This document shows positions 9,143-20,383 of a DNA stretch of 64,000 nt, piece by piece. Under the pieces are notes generated by a model that was not told the origin of the DNA, did not search any database, and saw nothing but the letters and a program-made list of their open reading frames with translations. Positions within the stretch are counted from its first letter, which is position 1, and the number at the start of each line of letters is the position of its first letter. The translations under genes were made by a program, and so were the position numbers. Origin of the DNA: Alphaproteobacteria bacterium (GTDB lineage: Bacteria > Pseudomonadota > Alphaproteobacteria > CALMVH01); NCBI GenBank assembly GCA_965199335.1, contig CBDAQZ010000004.1:128666-192665 (forward strand). The letters run 5' to 3'.

Positions 9143-10695
9143 GCTGCGCGGCGATTGGCGGTCAGGCGGTCCAGCGCGCGACCGATATCGGTTATCACGC
9201 CCGCCCAGTCGCCCTGTTTTTTCTGCCGGAACAGCTTCGTGCGCGGATACCATGGCGAGTCCTCGCGCTTCAGCATCCAGCGCCAGTCGAGAATGGCGGG
9301 CATCGGCAGCCACACCTCGGCCCCGACTGCGCCTGCCAAATGCGCCACGGCGGAGTCGATGCAGATCACCAGATCCAGGTGGCGGATGGCGGCGGCGGTA
9401 TCGGCGAAGTCGCGCAGCCTTTCGTGAAGCATGACGATGTTGTCAGAGTGGAATTCGTGCGCCGCCGCATCGCCGACCTGCAGCGAATAGAAGCGAACGC
9501 CCTTACGCGCCAGCAACGGTTCCAGCGCATCGGCCGGCATGGAACGGAGATGATCGTGCGGCGTGTTCGCGCTGCCGCGCCAGACCAGACCGACCTTGAA
9601 GGCACCATCGTCGGGCAGCAGCGAATTCCATTGCTTCAGCCGCACCGGGCTGACGGCCAGATACGGAGTGTCTCCCGGTATGCTGGCCAGCGTGGTGCCG
9701 AACCGGTCCGGCAGGCTCATCACGCTGACGAAGGCGGCGAAGGGAAGGCTGTTGAAGACCTTGCCGTTCGGCTGCCGTCGGATGACGCGGATACGATCGT
9801 CGCCCGCCCAGCCTTCGCTGAACAAGGCGTAGAGTTCGGGCTGGACTTCGAACAGCACCCGATGTCCACGGTCCGCCAGCAATTTGACGTAGCGCGAGAA
9901 ATGGATGGTGTCGCCGAAGCCCTGTTCCGATAGCACCAGAATGGCGCCACCCAGTTCCTCGGGCGATTGCCCGCGCCATAGCGGTTGCGTGAAGGACCGC
10001 TTGGCCTCGCTATAGGGAATACCATCCGTGCAGCGCCATTCGTATTCGGCGAACCCCTCGCGGATTTTGCCCTCCGCCAGCAGGATGACCGAGCGATTGC
10101 GGTGCGCCTCGATAGCCTCGGGATAGCTCTCGATCGCCTGGGCGAAGCAGTCCAGCGCGCGGTCGCTCCTGCCGAGATAGTAGTGGCAGTTGCCCATGTT
10201 CGACAGGATGTACGAACGCTCCTTCGGCAGCTTCAGCCGCTTCTCGACCTTGCGCAGGATCTCCAGTGCGCGGTCGTACAGGCCCAGCTCGTTCAGCACC
10301 GCGGCATGATTGGCCACCGCCCAATGATTGTCGGCGTCCTGCGCCTGCGCCTTCTCGAAGGCCAGCAGCGCCTCCGGCAGCTGGCGGCGCTGTTGCAGCA
10401 CGACGCCCTGCTGGTTGTGAGCCATCGACGCCGCCTGCGCTTCGCCCATCGCCTGCAGGGTGATCGCCAGGTTCTGGTGGAATTCAGGTGCGTCGGGTTT
10501 CAGCGCGATGGCTTCGGTGATGAAGCGGACCGCCTCGGCCTGATTGCCGGTGTGGCTGGCCAGCAGGCCGCGAAAATGCATCAGGTCGGGATCGCGCGGA
10601 AACAGCCGCGCCAGCTGGCGGTATCTTTTATCCGCCTCGTCGTGCCGCCCCTGCTGGTGCAGGGCGACGGCCTCGCCCATCGATTTCCGGTTCAT
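9139..10695 (-). CDS. TPR-repeat protein with GT9-like domain, paralog 2 of 4
   Basis: 518 aa; starts MNRKSMGEAVALHQQGRHDEADKRY; motif ILVLSEQGFGDTIHFSRYVKLLADRGHRVLFE; C-terminal TAAAIRHLDLVICIDSAVAHLAGAVGAEVWLPM; ATGA overlaps at both junctions. Confidence 0.8.
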   Translation of the reverse strand: MNRKSMGEAVALHQQGRHDEADKRYRQLARLFPRDPDLMHFRGLLASHTGNQAEAVRFITEAIALKPDAPEFHQNLAITLQAMGEAQAASMAHNQQGVVLQQRRQLPEALLAFEKAQAQDADNHWAVANHAAVLNELGLYDRALEILRKVEKRLKLPKERSYILSNMGNCHYYLGRSDRALDCFAQAIESYPEAIEAHRNRSVILLAEGKIREGFAEYEWRCTDGIPYSEAKRSFTQPLWRGQSPEELGGAILVLSEQGFGDTIHFSRYVKLLADRGHRVLFEVQPELYALFSEGWAGDDRIRVIRRQPNGKVFNSLPFAAFVSVMSLPDRFGTTLASIPGDTPYLAVSPVRLKQWNSLLPDDGAFKVGLVWRGSANTPHDHLRSMPADALEPLLARKGVRFYSLQVGDAAAHEFHSDNIVMLHERLRDFADTAAAIRHLDLVICIDSAVAHLAGAVGAEVWLPMPAILDWRWMLKREDSPWYPRTKLFRQKKQGDWAGVITDIGRALDRLTANRRAA

Positions 10696-12290
10696 GCCGC
10701 CCGCCTTTCCACAAGCTGGTCCAGCGCGCCGCGCATGCCCTCGATCACCGCGCCCCAGTCGCCGTAGCGTGCCTGCCTGAACAGCCGCGCCGAGGGATAC
10801 CAGGGCGACGTATCGCCGCTCATCAGCCAGCGCCAGTCAGGCACATGCGCCAGCATCAGCCACATCGGCGTACCCAGCGCGCCTGCCAGATGCATGACGG
10901 CGGTATCGACCCCGATCATGAGGTCCAAATTCTGCACTGCCGCCGCGGTTTCGGCGAAATCGTTCAGTTCCTCGTCAAGCACCGTCACGTTGTTGCCGGG
11001 GAAACGATAACCCGCGGCCGGTCCTTTCTGCAGCGAATAGAACGCGATGTCGTCGCGTTGCAGCAGGCCGTGCAGGGTCTCCGGCGGCAGCGAGCGTTCG
11101 AAATTCTTCAGGTGCAGCGGGTTGCCGCCCCAGACCAGGCCGACCCGGGGCCGACCCGCCGGATCGCGCAGACGCTCGGCCCAGCGCGACGACCGTTCAG
11201 GCGCGACGCCGAGATAGGGAACGTCCGCCGGTACGTTGTGGATAGTGGTGCCGAACAGGCGTGGCAGGCTGAACGTGCCGGTGTAGGCGGCGAAATGTAT
11301 GTCCGCGTACGCATCGGCATCGCTGCCCTGCGCCCGAACCAGGTGGATGGCGTCGTTCGCCAGCCCCTCCGAGAACAGCGCCCACAGCTCCGGCTTGACC
11401 TCGAACAGCACCTCGTGCCCCCGTTGCGCCAACAGGCGCAGATAGCGGCACAGCATGATCGCATCGCCATATCCCTGTTCACTGAGCACGAACAGCGGAC
11501 CGCCGAGTTCCTCCGGGCTTTCGCCCATCCATACGCGGCGCTCAAGAGCGGCCTTGCTGTATTTGGGATCTTTCCAGCGCCATTCGAATTCACACCAGCC
11601 TTCCTCGTACTGTCCGTTCAGCAGCAACGCGATGGCGAGGTCGTTGTGCCCTTCCGGCAGCATCGGGTTGAGCGACTGCGCGCGGCGATAGGATTCGATT
11701 GCCTCTTCGACCAGGCCGAGGCCGTGCAGCGAGTTGGCGTAGTTGAGATGGACGCCGGGCAGCTGGCGCAGGAATCCCCCGGGCAGCGGCGTGCCGTTCC
11801 AGTGCGCCAGGTCGCGCGGCATGCGCGGGTCGGGCAGCAGCGCGCGGCCCAGGTGATCGCGCGCCTCGGCATAGCGGCCCAGCCGGTTGAGCATCACGCC
11901 GAGATTGTTGGGCGCATGCTCGTTGCGCGGGTCGATCTCCGCCGCCTGCGTGAAGGCGTCGATCGCTTCCTCCAGCCGGTTCTGGTCGCTGAGTATATTG
12001 CCCATCGTGATCAGCACCTCGGCCGCCTTGGGATGATCGCCCAGGCGGCGCAGGGTCACGGACAGGTTCTTTTGGAAATCGGGCACGGCGGGTGACAGCG
12101 CGATGGCACGCCGGATACGCGCCACCGATTCCAGCAGATTGCCGACCTGCCCCGCCAGCACGCCGGTCAGGTGGACCACGTCCGCGTTCTGCGGGTTTTC
12201 CGCCTCCAGCGTGCGGTAGCGGTCCCAGGCCTCGTCGAACCGGCCCGCGGTGTGCAGATCCATCGCTTCCTTCAGGCGGGGGTCGATCAT
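10692..12290 (-). CDS. TPR-repeat protein with GT9-like domain, paralog 1 of 4 (first in operon)
   Basis: 532 aa; starts MIDPRLKEAMDLHTAGRFDEAWDRY; motif LFVLSEQGYGDAIMLCRYLRLLAQRGHEVLFE; C-terminal TAAAVQNLDLMIGVDTAVMHLAGALGTPMWLM. Confidence 0.8.
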   Translation of the reverse strand: MIDPRLKEAMDLHTAGRFDEAWDRYRTLEAENPQNADVVHLTGVLAGQVGNLLESVARIRRAIALSPAVPDFQKNLSVTLRRLGDHPKAAEVLITMGNILSDQNRLEEAIDAFTQAAEIDPRNEHAPNNLGVMLNRLGRYAEARDHLGRALLPDPRMPRDLAHWNGTPLPGGFLRQLPGVHLNYANSLHGLGLVEEAIESYRRAQSLNPMLPEGHNDLAIALLLNGQYEEGWCEFEWRWKDPKYSKAALERRVWMGESPEELGGPLFVLSEQGYGDAIMLCRYLRLLAQRGHEVLFEVKPELWALFSEGLANDAIHLVRAQGSDADAYADIHFAAYTGTFSLPRLFGTTIHNVPADVPYLGVAPERSSRWAERLRDPAGRPRVGLVWGGNPLHLKNFERSLPPETLHGLLQRDDIAFYSLQKGPAAGYRFPGNNVTVLDEELNDFAETAAAVQNLDLMIGVDTAVMHLAGALGTPMWLMLAHVPDWRWLMSGDTSPWYPSARLFRQARYGDWGAVIEGMRGALDQLVERRAA

Positions 12291-12359
12291 GTTTGCTCTG
12301 GCGTTGATTGACAGGGACGGGCGGAGACGGTCAATTGATCCTACACGAGGAGAAACGAA

Positions 12360-12818
12360 ATGTTGCGCGAACGTTTGAACGACACGTTAAAGGATGCGAT
12401 GCGGGCCAAGGAGCAGGGAACGGTTTCGACCCTGCGGATGGTGCTGGCCGCGATCAAGGACAAGGACATCGCCGCCCGGCCCTCCGGCAACGCGGACGGC
12501 ATCGGCGAGCCCGAGATACTGTCGCTGATGCAGGGCATGATCAAGCAGCGCCGCGAATCGATCGCCATGTACCGCCAGGGCAACCGCGAAGACCTCGCCG
12601 CCAAGGAGGAGGAGGAGATCGCGGTGATCGAGCGCTATCTGCCGCAGCAGATGGATGCCGAAGCCGTGAAAACCGCCATCGACGCCGCCGTTGCCGAAAC
12701 AGGCGCGGCGTCGGTCAAGGACATGGGCAAGGTCATGGCCGCGCTGAAGGCCAAATACGCCGGCCAGATGGATTTCGGCGCCATCGGCCCAGAGGTGAAG
12801 GCGCGGCTGGGCGGGTAA
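12360..12818 (+). CDS. GatB/YqeY domain-containing protein
   Basis: 152 aa; LKDAMRAKE...LRMVLAAIKDK...IKQRRESIAMY...EEEIAVIERYLP is the YqeY signature. Confidence 0.85.
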   Translation: MLRERLNDTLKDAMRAKEQGTVSTLRMVLAAIKDKDIAARPSGNADGIGEPEILSLMQGMIKQRRESIAMYRQGNREDLAAKEEEEIAVIERYLPQQMDAEAVKTAIDAAVAETGAASVKDMGKVMAALKAKYAGQMDFGAIGPEVKARLGG

Positions 12819-12819
12819 T

Positions 12820-13173
12820 ATGGGAAATCCGAACGAGACAGTCACCCTCTGGCGGCCTGTAGGGCCGGAAGAGTTGAGGTTGATCGAAGCAAGCGCCATG
12901 AAAGCGTTTCCTCCACGCCTTGCCGAGCAGCCTATTTTCTATCCGGTCCTGACCGAGGCTTATGCTATCAAGATCGCGCGCGACTGGAATGTACCCGCTA
13001 GCGGTGCTGGGTTCGTAACACGCTTCGAAGTACTGAAATCATACCTGAATGATTATCCTGTACAGGAAGCAGGCGGCCGCGATCATCTTGAGTACTGGAT
13101 TCCGGCTGAAGACATGGATAAATTCAATGCGGCGATTGTCGGCAAGATTGGAATAGTCCGTTCATTCCCGTGA
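12820..13173 (+). CDS. Conserved hypothetical protein (117 aa)
   Basis: ORF tightly packed between the yqeY-like gene and the MFS gene, overlapping the MFS start by 4 nt; no family assigned from sequence alone. Confidence 0.45.
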   Translation: MGNPNETVTLWRPVGPEELRLIEASAMKAFPPRLAEQPIFYPVLTEAYAIKIARDWNVPASGAGFVTRFEVLKSYLNDYPVQEAGGRDHLEYWIPAEDMDKFNAAIVGKIGIVRSFP

Positions 13174-14459
13174 AGTTTGGTAAGAAATCCGGCACTGACG
13201 TACTCACCTCTTCCGAACGCAGCATCGTGCGGCTGGTCAGCGCGATCCAGTTCATCAATATCCTGGATTTCCAGATGGTCATGCCGCTGGGCGCGGATTT
13301 CGCCCGCGACCTGGGCATCCCTGCCAGCGACATCGGCTGGGTGACCGGGGCGTACACGGCGGCGGCCTTCCTGTCCGGCATCGCCGGCGCGGCGCTGCTG
13401 AACCGGGTCAACCGGCGGCTGGCGCTGGCGATCAGCCTGTGGGGGCTGGTCATCTCCACCGCCCTTGGCGGCCTGTCGACCAGCTACGCCACGCTGATCT
13501 GCGCCCGCATTCTGGCCGGCTTCTTCGGCGGTCCCGCCGTGTCGCTGTCCTACGCGGTGCTGGCCGACGGCGTCGCCGAGGAACGGCGCGGCCAGGCGAT
13601 GGGCATCGTCTCGGGCATCTATTCCGTGGCGGGCATCGTCGGCCTGCCGATCGGGTTGAAGCTTGCCGAGTGGGGCAGCTGGCGGCTGCCGTTCTTCGCC
13701 ATCGCCCTGGTCGGCGTGGGCCTCGTGCTGATGGTACTGCGCGCCACCCGCCCGATGGCCGCCAACGCCCGCGACGAAAGCGACCGCGTCCAGCAGATTG
13801 CGGCATTGACCCGCGGCAACCGACGCAGCGTCGGGCTGGCCTTCGCCGTCACCTTCATCGCCCTGTTCGGCAATTTCCTGCTGGTACCCAGCGTTGCCGC
13901 CTACCTGCAATTGAACCTGGGCTACCCGCGTAGCCACCTGTCCCTGCTGTATGTGACCGGCGGGATCGTGACCTTCCTGACGACGCGCTTGGTGGGGCGC
14001 ATGACCGACCGCTTCGGCTCGGCACGGATGATCTTGGGAGCGACGCCCTGCATCGTCGGCGTCTATTATTGCCTGTTCGTGCATTATTCGCCGCTGGTGC
14101 CGGTCCTGCTGCTGTTCGTGCTTTCGGGCGTCTGCAATTCCTCGCGCTATGTGATCGTCACCACCGAGACCTCGAAGGTGCCGCCCCCCGACCAGCGCCC
14201 CGGCTTCATGTCGCTGATGAGCGCGGCGCAGGCGCTGGGGCAGAGCCTGGGTGCGTTCGGTTCGTCGCTGATCCTGGTCGATACCGGCACGGACCGGCCG
14301 CTGCTGCACATGGGCCGCGTCGCCTGCCTGGCCTCGTTGCTGGCGGCGATCGTGCCGGTGCTTCTGATCCGGCTGCGGCACATGAACCATCGCCGTGCCA
14401 AGGACCAGGAAACCATCGACGCCCTGAATGCGACGGCCGCCGAGCAGACAGGCGCATGA
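13170..14459 (+). CDS. MFS transporter
   Basis: 429 aa; about 12 predicted TM helices; MFS-type motifs between TM2-3 (LLNRVNRRLALAISL) and the repeat in the second half. Confidence 0.85.
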   Translation: MKFGKKSGTDVLTSSERSIVRLVSAIQFINILDFQMVMPLGADFARDLGIPASDIGWVTGAYTAAAFLSGIAGAALLNRVNRRLALAISLWGLVISTALGGLSTSYATLICARILAGFFGGPAVSLSYAVLADGVAEERRGQAMGIVSGIYSVAGIVGLPIGLKLAEWGSWRLPFFAIALVGVGLVLMVLRATRPMAANARDESDRVQQIAALTRGNRRSVGLAFAVTFIALFGNFLLVPSVAAYLQLNLGYPRSHLSLLYVTGGIVTFLTTRLVGRMTDRFGSARMILGATPCIVGVYYCLFVHYSPLVPVLLLFVLSGVCNSSRYVIVTTETSKVPPPDQRPGFMSLMSAAQALGQSLGAFGSSLILVDTGTDRPLLHMGRVACLASLLAAIVPVLLIRLRHMNHRRAKDQETIDALNATAAEQTGA

Positions 14460-14502
14460 ACAGCCGCTTTGCAACGGCGGCAAATTTGTCCATATAAAGG
14501 GC

Positions 14503-15420
14503 ATGGCACCGAACCCATACGAAACGCTGGGCATCAAGAAGGACGCGAGCGAAGCCGAGATCAAGGCGGCGTATCGCAAGCTTGCCAAGAAGAATCATCC
14601 CGACCTGAATCCCGGCGATACCACCGCCAAGCAGCGTTTCGCCGATATTTCCTCGGCCAACGACCTGTTGTCCGACAAGGACAAGCGCGCCGCCTTCGAC
14701 CGGGGCGAGATCGACGCCAGCGGCCAGCCGCGGCAGCAACAGCCCTTCTATCGCGACTATGCCGGGACCGAAGGCACACAGCGTTACCGCCAGTCGGGCG
14801 GTTTCGGTGGGCAGGCGCCGGGCGGCGGGTTCGAATCCTCGAGCTTCAGCGAAATCTTCGAATCGATGTTCGGCGGCAAGCGTGCCGCGCAACAGGCGGC
14901 ACCGGCGTCGGACGCGCATTATTCGATCGAGATCGACTTCCTGGAAGCCGCCAAGGGCGCATCGAAGCGCGTCACCATGCCCGATGGCGCCGCCCTCGAC
15001 ATCATCATTCCCCCCGGGGTCTCCGAGGGGCAGCAGCTACGGCTGAAAGGCAAGGGCCATGCCAGCAGGAACGGCGACGTCGTCGGCGATGCCTATGTCG
15101 AGCTGCATATCCGGCCGCACGACATGTTCGCGCGCGACGGCAACAACATCACGATCGAACTGCCGGTGGGTTTCCACGAAAGCATCCTGGGCGCCAAGGT
15201 TTCGGTGCCGACCATCCACGGTCCCGTCAGCATGGCGATTCCAAAGGGCGCCACCACCGGCCAGACCCTGCGGCTGAAGGGCAAGGGGATCAAGTCCGGC
15301 GACCAGTTCGTGCGATTGAAGATCGTCATGCCGAAGGTTATCGACCCCGAGCTGGAAAAGCTGGCCGGCGACTGGGCCAAGGCCCATCCCTGGGATCCGC
15401 GCGGTAAAGGGGGCGCGTGA
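14503..15420 (+). CDS. cbpA: DnaJ-class co-chaperone lacking the Zn-finger (curved-DNA-binding protein CbpA-like)
   Basis: ORF 14428..15420; J-domain starts at MAPNPYETLGIKKDASEAEIKAAYRKLAKKNHPDLNP (the HPD motif); C-terminal DnaJ_C beta-domains; no CxxCxGxG repeats. Confidence 0.8.
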   Translation: MAPNPYETLGIKKDASEAEIKAAYRKLAKKNHPDLNPGDTTAKQRFADISSANDLLSDKDKRAAFDRGEIDASGQPRQQQPFYRDYAGTEGTQRYRQSGGFGGQAPGGGFESSSFSEIFESMFGGKRAAQQAAPASDAHYSIEIDFLEAAKGASKRVTMPDGAALDIIIPPGVSEGQQLRLKGKGHASRNGDVVGDAYVELHIRPHDMFARDGNNITIELPVGFHESILGAKVSVPTIHGPVSMAIPKGATTGQTLRLKGKGIKSGDQFVRLKIVMPKVIDPELEKLAGDWAKAHPWDPRGKGGA

Positions 15421-15734
15421 TGATCACGCTGGAGGACACCCTGGCCCGGCTATCGGACGAGCTGGACCGCGATACGCTGGAAACCTATGTCGCCCACGCC
15501 TGGGTCAGGCCGGTGCGCAAGCAGGAAGGCTGGCGCTTCGAGGAAATCGACATCGCCCGCATCCGGCTGGTCCGCCACCTGCAACGCGACATGCTGGTCG
15601 ACGACAACGGCATGGACGTGGTGCTGCATTTGCTGGACCAGATGTACGAGATGCATCGGCGGCTGGAAGCCGCCCGCCATCACGAAATCAACGCCTCCGC
15701 TGCCGAGTTCTGGGAGGAGCGGGAGGAGTTCTGA
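15417..15734 (+). CDS. cbpM: Chaperone modulatory protein CbpM (MerR-like fold)
   Basis: 105 aa; lies immediately downstream of and 4-nt overlapping the cbpA-like gene, as in the E. coli cbpAM operon; the size and motif (WVRPVRKQEGWRFEEIDIARIRLV) fit CbpM. Confidence 0.65.
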   Translation: MMITLEDTLARLSDELDRDTLETYVAHAWVRPVRKQEGWRFEEIDIARIRLVRHLQRDMLVDDNGMDVVLHLLDQMYEMHRRLEAARHHEINASAAEFWEEREEF

Positions 15735-15783
15735 TTGGTAATCACCGCCTGACTTCTGAATAAAACCCGGCTACATTCATTCC

Positions 15784-17640
15784 ATGGCCTTCCCTCCGCA
15801 ATTCCTCGACGAGATCCGGGCGCGCGTGCCGCTGTCCGGGCTGGTAGGGCGCAAGGTCAAGCTGACGCGCGCGGGCCGGGAGTGGAAGAGCCCCTGCCCG
15901 TTCCACAAGGAGAAGACGCCGTCCTTCTACGTCAACGATGCCAAGGGCTTTTTCCACTGCTTCGGCTGCGGGGCGCATGGCGACGCGGTCGGGTTCCTGA
16001 TGCGGCACGACAATTTGTCGTTCCTGGAAGCGGTCGAATCCCTCGCCGCCGAGGCAGGGCTGGAAGTGCCCAAGCCGACCGAGGCCGAGCGTAGCCGCTA
16101 CGAGGCGCAGAAGACCCAGCACGAAATCCTGGAAGCCGCGACCGCCTGGTTCGAGGAGCAGCTGCACAAGCCCGCGGGACGCAAGGCGCTGGAATATTTG
16201 CGCGGCCGCGGTCTCGACGATTCCACCATCGCCGCCTTCCGCCTGGGCTACGCCCCCGCCGACGCGCAGGCGCTCAAGGCCGCGCTGACCCAGATCGCGA
16301 CGGTTAAGGAGGACGATCTCATCGACCTCGGCCTGATCAAGAAGTCCGAGGATGGCGGGCGGACCTATTCCTTTTTCCGCGACCGGGTGATCTTCCCGGT
16401 GATGGACAGGCGCGGCCGGCCGGTCGCCTTCGGCGCGCGATTGATCGAGGGTGAGGGGCCCAAATATATCAACTCGCCCGAACATGCCTTGTTTCACAAG
16501 GGCGAAACGGTATATGGCATCGCCCGCGCCCGGCTGGCGGCGTCGGACGACAAGCCGGTGGTGATCGCGGAAGGCTACATGGACGTTATCGCCCTGAACC
16601 GCGCAGGCTATACCGGCGCGGTCGCCCCGATGGGCACGGCGGTGACCGAGGCGCAGATCGACGCGTTGTGGAAACTGGTTCCGGCGGGCCTGCGCGCGCC
16701 GATCCTGTGCCTGGACGGCGACAACGCCGGCCAGCGCGCCGCCGAACGGGCGGTGGAGCGCATCCTGCCGATCCTGAAACCCGACCACACGCTGAAGATC
16801 GCCTTCATGCCCCCGGGCGAGGACCCTGACTCGCTGCTACGCACCGGCGGAACCCAGGCGATCGCCAAGGTGCTGGACGAGGCGATCCCGCTTTCGGAGA
16901 TGCTGTGGCGGATAACGCTGGCGCAAAAACCGGGCCGCACGCCCGAGGAACAGGCGGGATTCCGTGCCTTTCTGCTGGATCAGGTCGCCCGCATCAACGA
17001 TACGATGGTGCGCGAGGAATACCGCCGCGACATGCTGCGCCGCCTGAGCGAACGCAACTTCGTTCAGCGTGGCCCGGCCGGTTTGCGCAAGCCGCCGCAG
17101 CGCGGCCTGCCCTCGCGCTACGGCCGGAACCAGCCGCAATTCAACGCCTTCGGGCCCAAGCCCACCCGCAAGCCGGGCAGCGCCGGCGACGTGCGAATGA
17201 CCGCGTTGCTGTCGGTCATGGTACGGCATCCTTTCCTGTTCGAGGAATTCTGCGAGGGTTTTCATGACCTTGCCGTGCCGGAGCGCTTGCGTCCGCTGCA
17301 TGAGGCGATCTGCGCCACGCTTGGCCAGCACCACGACATGGAAGCAGCCGCTTTGCATGTCCATCTGGCTGAAAACGGCCACGCCTTGGCGCTGGAGGCA
17401 GTGCTGCACCGCGACATACGGCTGCATTCCGGCTTCGCGCGGGAGGATATGAGCCGTGAACAATTGCGGGAAGGCTGGATCAGCATGATGGCCAGCGGCC
17501 ACAATCCCGTTCTTCTGGCCGATATCAGGCAGGCGGCGGCCGAATTGGCCATCAGCATGGACGAACCCGCCCTGATCAAGCTGCGCGCGTTGCAGGCGCA
17601 GCTGTCTACCGGGACGCCTCTGGACGGCGACGTGGACTGA
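15784..17640 (+). CDS. dnaG: DNA primase
   Basis: 618 aa; zinc-ribbon CPFHKEKTPSFYV...FHCFGCGAHGD, TOPRIM region (VVIAEGYMDVIAL, LCLDGDNAGQRA). Confidence 0.95.
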   Translation: MAFPPQFLDEIRARVPLSGLVGRKVKLTRAGREWKSPCPFHKEKTPSFYVNDAKGFFHCFGCGAHGDAVGFLMRHDNLSFLEAVESLAAEAGLEVPKPTEAERSRYEAQKTQHEILEAATAWFEEQLHKPAGRKALEYLRGRGLDDSTIAAFRLGYAPADAQALKAALTQIATVKEDDLIDLGLIKKSEDGGRTYSFFRDRVIFPVMDRRGRPVAFGARLIEGEGPKYINSPEHALFHKGETVYGIARARLAASDDKPVVIAEGYMDVIALNRAGYTGAVAPMGTAVTEAQIDALWKLVPAGLRAPILCLDGDNAGQRAAERAVERILPILKPDHTLKIAFMPPGEDPDSLLRTGGTQAIAKVLDEAIPLSEMLWRITLAQKPGRTPEEQAGFRAFLLDQVARINDTMVREEYRRDMLRRLSERNFVQRGPAGLRKPPQRGLPSRYGRNQPQFNAFGPKPTRKPGSAGDVRMTALLSVMVRHPFLFEEFCEGFHDLAVPERLRPLHEAICATLGQHHDMEAAALHVHLAENGHALALEAVLHRDIRLHSGFAREDMSREQLREGWISMMASGHNPVLLADIRQAAAELAISMDEPALIKLRALQAQLSTGTPLDGDVD

Positions 17641-17767
17641 ACTATATTTCCGAATCGGGTTTTGATTATTTACGTTTTAACCCTGCCGCGCTAGAAACGC
17701 GTTTCACAACGTCACGGTACCGGGTCTGCGCCTGTTCGGCAGCCCGCTTCTTGAGGTCGATCTAAGC

Positions 17768-19765
<1,998 letters not shown>

Positions 19766-19783
19766 TTGAACTGAACACCTAGT

Positions 19784-19854
19784 GGTCATTCCGGAGCCCG
19801 GAATCCGTACACTATCGACGCACCGCATGAATTCCGGCACTGCGGTGGAATGAC
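19784..19854. repeat. Nested inverted repeat / hairpin downstream of rpoD (GGTCATTCCGG...CCGGAATGAC, with internal ATTCCGG/CCGGAAT)
   Basis: Read directly; likely an rpoD terminator or REP-like element; shares the GTCATYC head with elements at 22093, 40305 and 53929. Confidence 0.4.
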
Positions 19855-19904
19855 AGCAGCAATATAATAGGTAGACCTCACGCATCATGTGATAATGCCA
19901 CGAC

Positions 19905-20324
19905 ATGAAAAATTATCAGAAAGACTGGCTGCTCGAGGCTGTTTCGCAGCCCGTGATGCTTTATTTCCTGATTGCCTATCTGGTGCCTGTTCTGATCGTT
20001 TTGTTTTTACATAATTCCGGTTATCGGCAGGCCTCCGCCCGTATCCTGGCAGGCTGCGGTATTGTCTGGATTCTGGTCAGCGGCATGATTGCTGATGTAT
20101 CGCGGGATGCTGTCATAGTCGGAGCGTTGGCAATCCAGTTAGTTACCGCTTGCCTGGCATTCCTGTCGATAAAGCCCGATCGCGAATGGACCTTCCGGAT
20201 TGCAGTAAGCTTGGCCTTTATGACTACGCTGGCATTCGCCTTCGTGTTGTTTGAGGATTTCCCGCTACATGAACCGACGGTGTTCCATAGCCCTTGTTCG
20301 ATGGAAAAAGGGTGCGTGGATTAG
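19905..20324 (+). CDS. Hypothetical integral membrane protein (139 aa), in an AT-richer patch
   Basis: ORF with 3-4 hydrophobic helices; no family recognised. Confidence 0.4.
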   Translation: MKNYQKDWLLEAVSQPVMLYFLIAYLVPVLIVLFLHNSGYRQASARILAGCGIVWILVSGMIADVSRDAVIVGALAIQLVTACLAFLSIKPDREWTFRIAVSLAFMTTLAFAFVLFEDFPLHEPTVFHSPCSMEKGCVD

Positions 20325-20383
20325 CATCCGCCTTGGCTGACCCGGCTTCACATGATACGGAAACCGGAACTTTGGATTGTATC

